DNA of 64,000 nt from positions 62,001 to 126,000 of the forward strand of contig JBBPEB010000014.1 in NCBI GenBank assembly GCA_039096225.1, given 5' to 3'. The notes under the pieces were generated by a model. The model did not search any database and was not told where the DNA came from. It was given only the letters and a program-made list of their open reading frames with translations. The translations under genes were made by a program, and so were the position numbers. The stretch comes from Blastocystis sp. Blastoise. Taxonomy: Eukaryota; Protista; Bigyra: Opalinata. Positions 52,873-64,000 of this stretch are shown here, piece after piece; within the stretch, counting starts at the first letter, position 1, and every line of letters starts with the position of its first letter.

Positions 52873-54192
52873 TTAATTGATATCCGTACTATAGCATAAT
52901 GATGTTATACGTCTTTTAGTATTTAATGTATGCTTCATAATATCATAAGGATACAGAAATGATGTTTTTGGACGTATCTACAAAGTATTCTATATATATA
53001 TATGTATATATATATACTGTTTGAGCATAACACTCAGCAGCTTGACGATCACCAATCTATATATATATACATATATATATACATATATATATATTATATA
53101 TAGAAACCATGTAAATCTGATATATAATAAATTATAAATCATAAATAAAACAAAGAATGAAATCAAATAGAATCGTTTAAACTTAATATTGAATTCATTA
53201 AGATATATAAACACTAACCAACTTGCATAATTGTATATATTATTATATATACACAACATACAAATATATAATATATATCTTTGTAAAATAGTTTATTAAG
53301 AATGGGATTGTTATCATATTCAGCAAGTAAGTGATTCCCCGTGTGTATAATTAAAGAAATATATATGTATATATATATATAGAAAGTGATTATATATATT
53401 AGGATATATTTATATATATATAAGGTCTTTCTTTCAATTTTTTCCATTTATAATATTCTCTACTCTCATCATAATGATATACCATATATACTTGATTTGC
53501 TATCAAGATATATATATATAAACATAAATATAAAATACAATAGAAATACCAAAATTACATTTATCTCCATGTGTTAGATTTTGAGTAGGTCCTGAATAAT
53601 CAATTGACTGAATACCACCCCATGGATGTCGACGAGTATCTTCTAACAAATAAATTAAAAAGAAATCATCATATAACCAACATGTTAAATATATATAATA
53701 TAGATATTCTTTAAAAAAAATACTATAGTTCAAGTCAACATCATAATAAATAAAAGAATCAACATCAGATGTTCTTTTATAAACACAACGATTAAAGGAT
53801 CGATAAAAGAAAGTCAAGAATCTATTCCTCACAGAAACACGATAAGGTCTATATGCTGATTCACCCTAATCATATGAATGATAACAGCAGTTCTTATATA
53901 AATTCAATTTACAAATTATTCTAACTTACAGTAAAGACTAATTGAATAGTACATTTCTTATTATCATGATCAAATTCATAAAACAATGCTTGAAATTCAT
54001 TTCCTTTTAAAGCATCTGTTTTGACTTGAACCTAGTTTTCATCATCATCATTATAATATATATGATAAATATATATTATACAATGATAGGTAAACATTCT
54101 TCAATCCATTGTCTTTCTAGAATGAAAAGTGATTTATTTACAGTATAGAATGAGATATCTGTCTCTGACGTTGACAAACTTCTTTTTTTCAT
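52873..54192 (-). CDS. Hypothetical multi-exon protein containing an AT-AC intron
   Basis: ATG 54192 MKKRSLSTSETD; exons join in frame through ...ERPYIYIN|TGNHLLAEY...; ends IRPKTSFLYPYDIMKH...STDIN*. Exons near 53100-53210 are uncertain. Confidence 0.65.
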
Positions 54193-54480
54193 AATTATTT
54201 TAGTAATCAATACAGAATATATTATAAAAAAATGTTCTTTTTTAATAAATAACAAAAAGGATCCTTTTTATCTTTAAAAAAATAATTAAAATATTTTTCT
54301 TTTTAAATTTAATAAAAAATATGGATTGTCCTCAATAAAATATCGTGTTATATAATAATATAGTATTTCATTTATTATATATATATTTATCTTAGAATAC
54401 ATACACTTATAAAGGAAACAAAACAAATAAATTTTCCTATATCATCATGCTTTAGTTCCAAAATGAGAAAATTAGAGTGT

Positions 54481-55313
54481 TTACTTACCAGCAACACCAA
54501 CAATCTTACCATGACGACCGGTAGTCTTAGTATGTTGACCACGAACACGTACACCCCAATGATGACGATAACCACGGTGAGCACTATAAACAATGAAAAG
54601 ATAAATAATTGTTTTTATATAAAAATAAATTATATTAATGAACATAAATTAAATATATACATATATATTATATATGAAAAGGAAAACATAATGAATAAGA
54701 AATAATAGGATATATAACAATAAATAAATAAATACCGCATCTTCTTTAAATCGTTGATATCTTCACGAAGAGAAGCTTGGAGGTTGTTGGCAACAATTTG
54801 CTTGAATTTACCAGTATGGATATCCTTTTGTCTGTTAAGGAACCATTCGGGAATGTTGTAAGCAAGAGGGTTGGAGATAACAGCAACAAGAGTATCAACT
54901 TCTTCAGGAGTAAGTTCACCAGCACGAAAAAAAGATTAATATATCATAGAAGAAATTAGAAATAAATTTCAAAAAATTTATTAATTTGTGAAAAAATATA
55001 TATATTGATAAAAATTTATATTTTTAATGATTAGAATCAACATGTATATTACATAAATAAATGTAAAAATGACTCATTATAAAAAATACCGTTTGTTGAG
55101 GTTGATGTTAGACTTCTTTAAGACAATAGAAGAAAAACGTCTACCAATACCCTTAATAGAAGTAAGAGCGTACATAACCTTAACACGTCCATCAATGTTG
55201 GTGTTAAGTATACGAAGAATGTGTTGGAAATCACCAGAATTTACAAGAGCCAATATTTTTAGAAATGATAGTAAGAGACATAATGAAATAAGTTAAATAT
55301 AAAAACCTACCAT
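54481..55313 (-). CDS. RPS18: 40S ribosomal protein S18 (uS13)
   Basis: M|[39 protein letters not shown]...NKR|AGELTPEE...[13 protein letters not shown]|[23 protein letters not shown]; exons 55313-55311, 55250-55090, 54924-54736, 54583-54481. Confidence 0.96.
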
Positions 55314-56411
55314 TTTGGAATCTGTAATATACAAAAAGCACGAATACTTATAAGAAAATAACCATATAAAAAGGAAAAATACACGTTAGAATCTCTAAAA
55401 AATAAAAAAATAGACTAACTATTCTTTTTCTAAGCTTCCTGTTTACTCCTAATTCCGACGTGCACCTAAATAATCATGGGAAAATGGTTCACCAAAAAAT
55501 TTCTTTCTGAAATCATGGGAAATAATAAAAAATAAGCGTTCTTCAAAAAAGAAATCTGTTACACAAATTTCACCTGCTTGTTGAGAAGAAAAGGAAAAAT
55601 TGAAAAATACTATAGATAATTTCTAGTTGGAATAATGAGTCTTAATAAAGTGATTTGATTTATTCTTTGGTTAAAGAATATCTGTATCGTCTAGAATGTA
55701 AAAGGACCATATAGTTTTAAGATTATTTGCGATGATCATAACATACGTTGTTGACAATAACTTATTCTTTTGTTTATTTATTATTAGATACATGTAATGA
55801 GCTATAGAAATAATAAATTTATGTTATAATGCTATTGTTTAGTGATTAATTAGAATGTTGATGCTAACAATTATTTTTTACTTCTCTTAATTTACATATT
55901 TTGGAAAAGTATGTACATCTATTAGCAACTAAATAAATATACTTGATTTATTAAAAATAATAATTTCTAATAATTGTACTTGTTACTCAAATAAGTTTGT
56001 CAATAAAATCTAAATAGTATACAGCAAAACATATTCATATAAACATAAGAATTATTAATAAGTATAGAAATATATATAAGATAGCAATAAAATATGAAAA
56101 AGAGTTGAAAAAGTAAAAAAAAATGAGAATAAAATACAAATGATATCAGACAAAAAAAAACAGTGTTTCCCTAAGCAAGTTTTCCAAAAAAAAAAATAGT
56201 ACAAAAGAATATATAATATAATATGCTATATATATTGAAATATATAGTATAACATTGATAAAACTATAATAAATAGAAACAATATAAGTTATGATAACTG
56301 TATAAGAAAAGAATTTTTAAAAAATGAATAATAAACATTTATTAATATGCAAATGATTTAGAAAAACATATATATATTATATATTATATATGGTTCTCTA
56401 AATGTATCCCA

Positions 56412-57836
56412 TTACATAGGTGAGTTTCCTGGAAATCTATATTTCTGTTGCATTCCTGCAGGTGGGTAATAGCGCGGATTATAATAATCCTGGAATCCGA
56501 AAGGAGGTTGAGGTGCTCCTGGGAGATAATTGGGAGCCGATGGATAATAAGCAGGGTAAGGATAGTAAGCAGGAGCAGGATAAGAAGGAACTTTGGGATT
56601 CTATAGAGATAGATATATATATAATTTTCATAATAATAAATAATAGTAGAGATATATAGCAATCTATATATATATATGGATAATACAATATAGAAGCATA
56701 CGGGTCGTAAAGCTGATACCTGAGGACTAAAGAGAAAGAGAGAATAAATATGAATAAAAATATAAGTATATATATCTATATATACATAGGGTTTGAAGGA
56801 GGAATCTCTTGAGGTTTAATCTCAGGTCTATTTATAGAATAGTATAGAATAGAATAGATATTATATAATAAAGTATAAATATATAAAAAATCAATTAATA
56901 TAATATTATATAATAAATTATAATATATAAATATAATATAATATAATATAATATAATATAATATAATATAATATAATATAATATAATATAATATAATATA
57001 ATATAATATAATATAATATAATATAAAAATATAATATAATATAATATAATATAATATAATATAATATAATATAATATAATATAATATAATATAATATAAT
57101 ATAAAAATATAATATAATATATAAATATTTAATTAATATAATATTATATACTCTGTATTTTCTGAAGTACCACCTTGTTGACTAACATCGATATACTCTA
57201 TATATATACAGATAATAAATATTTTTAGAATATTATATATATATAAATTGATACCATAATTATTTAAAACCATTTGATTAAGATTTTGAATAGAACGACC
57301 ATTATAATTAGAATTCGAAATAGGTCCAGGAACACAATAAGACTGAATTAAATACTTTGAATATCTCTCAAGCTCACGAATATAAGCTATAAAGAACATA
57401 TATAAATATATAAACAACTATAGTAAAATATATAAAAAAATGAATTTAAAAAAACATATAATAATAAACTTACAAATAGTATTTTCAATCAAAGATATTT
57501 TATCCAATTTCATATTTTGATGATTAGAAAACTTACGAGTTGCTAATATAATTTTCTCAAGATTTGTCAAGCCAGCATTCAATTTTTGTCTTCTTCTCTA
57601 AAAAAAATAAAATATATGAAGAACAAACAATATAAATAAGTAAGATAAAGGTGAATCATAAATATATATCATACTTGTTCACTAGCACGATGCATGGCTT
57701 TTTTATAATTTGTACCGTCATCATTAAGAAGTGAATCAGTTCCAGGAGTAGACGACTCATTCACATCTGAAGTACTTCTCTTAATTCCTTGAGATATCTC
57801 TTGAGTAGTTTCTATAGTAGTTTCAGTATCTGTCAT
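56412..57836 (-). CDS. bHLH transcription factor with Pro/Tyr-rich C-terminus
   Basis: Spliced KKAMHRASEQ|RRRQKLNAGLTNLEKII...KLDKISLIENTI..AYIRELE fits the bHLH consensus; last exon PKVPSYPAPAYYPYPAYY...SPM*. Confidence 0.85.
56925..57125. repeat. (ATATA)n pentanucleotide microsatellite, intronic
   Basis: Long aatat run inside a bHLH intron. Confidence 0.9.
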
Positions 57837-58646
57837 TGTATCCTCATAAACAATAATATAAAAATGCTATATAATATAGTTCAAGTTTATATATATAAAT
57901 CAAAGTAGCCACAGCTAAGAATGTCCAAACAAATGGATATAAACAACAAAATATATTTTTAACTAAGTAAATCAAAACCTATTAATGGTCAAAAAAGAAT
58001 AACCATCATCCTAAGCGGATGTCCAACCTCCTTCTGCACATTGATTGACTCAAATGGTTTCAAAACTCACAATCTGATTGGATAATAAGAACGAATTAAT
58101 CAAGCCAATCAAAAACGTGCTCCAGCAATTTTCCAACATGTTGAATTCTCTCCGAGATTCTTTTTTAAACTTGATTTCTCAATACTAATTCCACTTTTCT
58201 ATTTTATTTATTTTTATATGATTATACTTTTTATTTTTATTAATCTTCTGTGTAGTTTATACCTATCTCAATATAGATCACACTTAACATAACAAAAACA
58301 ACTTAAAATACCTACATGTTACGAAACATATACTTTTACAAAAACCAACATTTATTCCACACCTAATATCTCCCAAAAATTCTGTTATGAGAAAATACAA
58401 TTTTTTCCCTCTTTTTGCTAAATAATCATAAATCTAATCATTATTTCCAAGAAACATCCTTTCTGGAATACTGAATAATCGTGGTTATCTGACTCTTATC
58501 CAAAATAACGAAACGGCTACTGAATTCAACAACAACGATTTTTTTTCAGTGTCTTTTCTTGGTTTTTTTTTTGATTTTTTAAGATTGTTCTTTTTTTATA
58601 ATTTAATACTACTTATTTATCACTATTTTTCTTTCTTCTTTTATTC

Positions 58647-61600
58647 ATGGGAGCCAAAGAATCAAAGATCCTTCCAAAGAGTACAAATAATGAAACTCCT
58701 TTGGATCTACAACTCCCAGACTATTACATTCCAGATTTTGGAACTTCTTTCTCTCCTGAAGAGGAAGAGACCGAATGTGCAGAATCAACTCGTGAAGAAA
58801 GTCCTCAAGTATCAAGTCTACTCTCACCGCAACCATGTATGTCCTTTAATTTCTATTCTCTCACCAAATCTATCTTTTATTCTTTGTCAAATCAATGCAT
58901 TAGCATGTTTTTTATATTCATATTCATTTTAAATTCATATTTATATTCATTCAATAATTATTTTTTTTAAATTTCTTGTTATACATAATTATGAATATTG
59001 TCATTATAACTTACATTACATTTAATTCAAATATTAAGAATATTATATATATATATTCTATTTCTATAGATGATGATCATTATGGTGAAGTATCCCCAAG
59101 ATCTTATATTCTAGAAGATCCATTGGAAATCAATTCAAGAATTCAAGCATCTATCTATGAACGTACAGTAAGATATATTGAAGAAATTTCTGAAGAACTG
59201 GAACCTATTGTAACTACATATAAATATGATACCTCAAGTATTTCTTCTTTAATAGAAATATTCTCTTTCTGTGATTGTCAAACACAAAACCACATTAAAT
59301 TAAGTTGTAAATACTTCTCTAAAATCACAGATGTCTCTCGTAAAATTGTTGATATCAAAATCAAACCAGGTTGGTTAAATATCCTTAAAAACAGTATTTT
59401 CGTAGAAAAACTTACAATTCGTGGAGATATTGCTCCTAGTGATTGTCATGGACTCTCTACATTGATCCGCATCGAAGGATACCCATTTCTCTCCTCTGTC
59501 AAACTAGTTTATATTCCCGATGTCGCCATCGCAGAAATTCTTCGATCTCTAGAAGCTCGTTTCGGATGTGTTAAACCAAGAACAATTCCAAATTCTATTC
59601 CTGCTGTACATAGTGCAGTCTTCTATAACAAACGTTCAAATTCTTCTTCTCCTCATCTCTTGGATCTATCTCGTCCTCCTGCCAATAGTCACGATAATAT
59701 CGTTATTCTCAATGAAATTAACAACAAAGATACTAACTCTCCATTCTGCTTCTTATCCCCGCGGGACACGTCAGAGGGTCTTCCTCTCTCTCATACTCCT
59801 CTATTACAACCCTCCACTACTCAATCTACTCCTATTATGAGTCCTCTATATACATTCTCTACAGAGAATACACCCAATCCTTCTATTCTAACTATGCAAT
59901 CTCCTACACTTAGTCCTCTACCTCCTCTTACACTCTCAGGAATCACTCCTCTATCCTATAATACACCTTCTAAAACACAAACACATATTGTTCTACGTAC
60001 ACCGTCTCCATGTTTTCAAGCTCATAAAAGTCATCCTTCTGCTCCTCTTGCCCCACTGGCTTCTCTTCCTTGTGGATCCCCTCCTCCTATATTATCTCTA
60101 GAAAATACATATAAACCTATATCTCTTAATATACGTACTAAAGAAATGGGATCTCTTATTCCATTTGTATTAGCAGAAGTACTGAAGAAATCATTCAGAA
60201 AATATCTTCAAAAACTTACTTTATGTACATATGACAAAGAAGGATTAGAAAGTTTCCTGAAACGTGTGTCTTTTGTTGGTTGTGAAGTTCTTGATGACAT
60301 ATGCCTAGACACGTGCCCTCTTGGTCGACGCAGCTGTGATTATCTCATTCGTTCCTTATGGCCTGAAGATGCACCTATTGTCAGTTATCCCCCTATACGT
60401 CATCTTTCTCTATCCGGAACACAATTAGTTGACGGATCTGCATTTGCATTCTCTCTAATCTTATCAAAGCATGCTCTAAGTAACTTAGAATCTCTAGATC
60501 TCTCTCAAAATAATATTTCTAAACAAGGATTAGATGTTATTATTCCTGAATTATGTAATTATGCTTGTCCTAATTTAAAAATACTTAATCTCTCTAATAA
60601 TAAACTAGGAGAAGGATCGTTAAAAGATTTATTTTATGGGATGTCTACAGGAATATTCCCACTACTGGAGAAACTCTTTATTGAGAACACAGATATAGGA
60701 GAACCGGATATGTTAGCACTCTCTACATATATTGAAAGTGATTTCTCACAATCTCTTATAGTATTAGATGCTAGTTCTAATCCAAATACTCTTTCTTTCC
60801 TACCTACATTATTTAATAGTTTCAAAGCTCATTCTTTTCCTTCTCTATCTTCTTTATCCTTTGATTCTATGGGAATTAGTCAGAATGAAATTGATTCTCT
60901 TTGTTCTCTTATCACAGATACTCAGATTCCTTCACTATCAGCGTTAAGTCTTAAAGGAAATAATCTGAATACTCCTTGTTTTATACGTCTTCTCGCTGCA
61001 CAAGTATCTCCTTCTTCTCCTCTTCTTCAAACACTTATTATTGCGAATAATCAAATTGGGTCTACGCCTCTCGAAAACATTCAAATGCCCGTTTCTTCTG
61101 TTCGTATCCCATTAAAGAAAATTGAACTTAGCTATAATCTATTTAATGATGAAGACTTTGATTATTTCATTTCATTTATGAATATTTATTGTGATTTAAC
61201 GGGTGTTACATCTATTTCTATAGATAATAATCATATTACTGCTGCCGGACTTGCTCTTTTTGCCTATTTCTCGACACATCTCCCCCAAGGAAATATCCGT
61301 AGACTAGATTTTAGTAATAATCGACTTCATGGAGGTATTCCCGCGGTATTTAAGATCTTATCGACTCCTCTCTGTGTACATTTGGAGTATTTATCGTTAT
61401 GTGAATGTGATCTCTCTGAAAATGATATAATTACTTTATTGAAGGGATTTGCGGCTGGCTTGGGAAGTACCATCATCAGCTTAAAACTCAATGGGAATCA
61501 TCGATTCACGACGAATTGTCTTAAATTATTAGTATATTTATGGCGTCAGAATCCCTCTATGTTCTCTCGCCTTATGAGTTTATCTATTTGTTACACGTCG

Positions 61601-61762
61601 GTCTCCGAACAAGGCGCTCTTTTGATTGGTGATTTCTTGAAGAACACACCTACCCGATTACGAGTATTAGACATGGACCATATTAATATACATGGAACCA
61701 GACGTAAGGAAGTCCGTCAAATCGTCAGAGATATGTGGAAAACAGGATATGTATATATATAA
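58647..61762 (+). CDS. RNI-like leucine-rich-repeat protein, possible N-myristoylation and F-box-like segment
   Basis: Exon 1 58647-58837 begins MGAKES (MGxxxS); exon 2 59070-61762 has LESLDLSQNNI, LKILNLSNNKL, LSALSLKGNNL repeats; LIEIFSFCD...LSCKYF resembles an F-box. Confidence 0.88.
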
Positions 61763-61980
61763 TCAAACAACAATATATATTTATACTTATATAATGAAAG
61801 CAATCGAATTATTTGTTGTAAATATGTTTTTAATATCGAATCTACTTTTCTTATTATTATATGTATAATATTATTTTCTATAATATTATCATTTTATATA
61901 TACATTTTCATTTGTGTTTTTGTTTTTTTTTTTGTTTTCCAAAAGTTATTTTATAATCTTTTCTCTTATCATCTTCCTTA

Positions 61981-62017
<37 letters not shown>

Positions 62018-62397
62018 ACATTATATAATATTATTAATTATATCGATGGTTGTATTTCTGTTGTGTTTATGTATTTTCATTATATATGTTTATATTTATT
62101 CTTCTATATTATTGTGTTTTTTTATATGTCTATATGAATACTAGTCTCTGTAGAAACTACATATTCTAGTTTATTTAGTTAATCCACAATACTTGTTTTT
62201 ATTTTCAAATTTCATTTTTACTTTTTATTTATATAAATATATAGATATATCTGTTGTTTCTCTATTTTTATATGATTCCAATTATTCATTCCTTTTTCTC
62301 TTTTTATTTCTCCTATTTTTCTCTTTATTGTTTTGTTTTTGTTTTCTGTTATTATGTTCTTTTCTATTGTCTCTTCTTGTGTTCCTCTATTCATAAG

Positions 62398-62432
<35 letters not shown>

Positions 62433-62928
62433 CATGCTTTAGGTGATATCTCTCTTGATTAGTATTGTTTTGTTATATATATATATATCATTTATTAATT
62501 CTATTTATACTTAGATCCACCAATAACCAATAATAAATACTAATTTCTTTTTTAAATTATTATACAATATGATAGTTCCCTAAGTTTCTAAATGTCTAAT
62601 ATATGTAAGAAGTGTAAGTATATTATTATATTATTCACATACAATATATATATATATATATTACAAAACAACATGTATAATTTAATAACAATATAGAGTA
62701 TGCTTAAAAATAGAAAAATAATAGGGTTATGATGAAATAAGATAAGAATAATAAATACAGGAAATCACTTAAATTTTCACTGTATATAGAAAGACAAATA
62801 TAGATAAACCAATAATATATATACATATATAAATATGCTTATACTTTTAAAAAAATCAATAAAAACAAAATATGATTATAATTTTAAATAATAAAATAAG
62901 TCGATAAAATAAAAAAGAGAGAAGTGAA

Positions 62929-62971
<43 letters not shown>

Positions 62972-62988
62972 CAGTAGGAACGCTATAA

Positions 62989-63460
62989 TTAAGGGAAGAA
63001 TCGACGTTTATATACACCAAACTCACAATTCTTACTGATGGCAGCTAAATAAATAATGTTCCGAACGGTTGGAACATAATTATTTAATGCTAAAACTACT
63101 TTTTCATCTTCAAAATTACCCGCCTATATATATATATATATATATATAATAATAATACTAATGAATAAAAGTATAGAAAAGTATAGTATATACTGGTGTT
63201 CCATATTTGACGACAGTTTCGATGGACGGGTCCCCGCGTCGCAAATCCTCTTCACGCACCAAATAATAGAAATCAGCAGGTCCCCCCGCGATTAATATGG
63301 GGATATAAACAATACCATTCTCATTATAAGCCTCACGAATCTTAACGATAATACTCCATTCACTACAACCTCCCTCTATATATATATATATATATATAGT
63401 TATATATATATATACCTTTCTTAGATGCACTATCACCACCATAATTTAATTCCTTATCTA

Positions 63461-63494
<34 letters not shown>

Positions 63495-63573
63495 TATATA
63501 TATATATATATATATACTAACAGGTTGAACTTCAGTTTTAGTCTGAATTAAAAGACGAGCTATATATATAAGA

Positions 63574-63615
<42 letters not shown>

Positions 63616-63942
63616 CAATTAATATCTTTCTTATTCAATCCTTTTGCTTCAGCTTTTTCTTCTGATTCAGAGTTATTAATAGTGAATTCAAATATTTGCG
63701 ATTTAGAGAATTCATCTGAGAAAGCGATATATAAATGATCATTGAATCCTTTCTGTACAAAGAAGGAAGTATATCCTGTTATTATATGAGATTTCTTAAG
63801 ATGTGTATTAGTGAACATTGAAGAAGCGGTCTCCTGAACAAACGATGTATACATATTTATATCTCTATTTGTATTTAAATATAAATATAAGAAGAAATAA
63901 TCATCAATAAAATCAGTTTGAGAAATAATACTAATAGATTGA
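62989..63942 (-). CDS. 3' exons of a hypothetical protein continuing beyond the window
   Basis: GT-AG exons ...MYTSFVQETASSMF..., GGCSEWSIIVKIREAYNENG..., last exon ending VYKRRFFP* at 62989. Confidence 0.65.
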
Positions 63943-64000
63943 TCTATATATATATAATTAATAATTATATAAATTACATAAACATATATATTATTATTAT

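Overview
Very AT-rich, intron-rich eukaryotic DNA. The short microsatellite-filled introns, expanded TLDc family and standard genetic code suggest a protist, possibly a Blastocystis-like stramenopile (inference only). The first 20 kb is one compound rolling-circle transposon. An 18.6-kb autonomous Helitron (1464-20073, +; A|TC...hairpin-CTAG|T; intact Rep-helicase) contains a related 6.36-kb non-autonomous Helitron (7423-13781, -) inserted at an A|T site within its ~60-bp palindromic tandem array. Both elements carry unusual cargo: a linker-less tRNA-like cloverleaf (3 copies, covarying stems, antisense to the element), ~244-bp degenerate repeats, a 12-microexon gene that may splice onto RepHel, and a divergent spliced transcript. 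The rest of the window holds host genes: an MFS transporter, two TLDc genes plus a TLDc pseudogene, a large secreted protein, a ~5.9-kb inverted duplication of a CX5R-motif/pseudokinase gene whose copies differ by precise intron losses, an FABP/lipocalin-like gene, RPS18, a bHLH factor, an LRR protein and two unknown genes. Splicing oddities include AT-AC (U12-type) introns in two unrelated genes and apparent GT-TG and GT-CG introns in RPS18, which may be polishing artefacts. Exon models were read by eye and identity statements are visual estimates.
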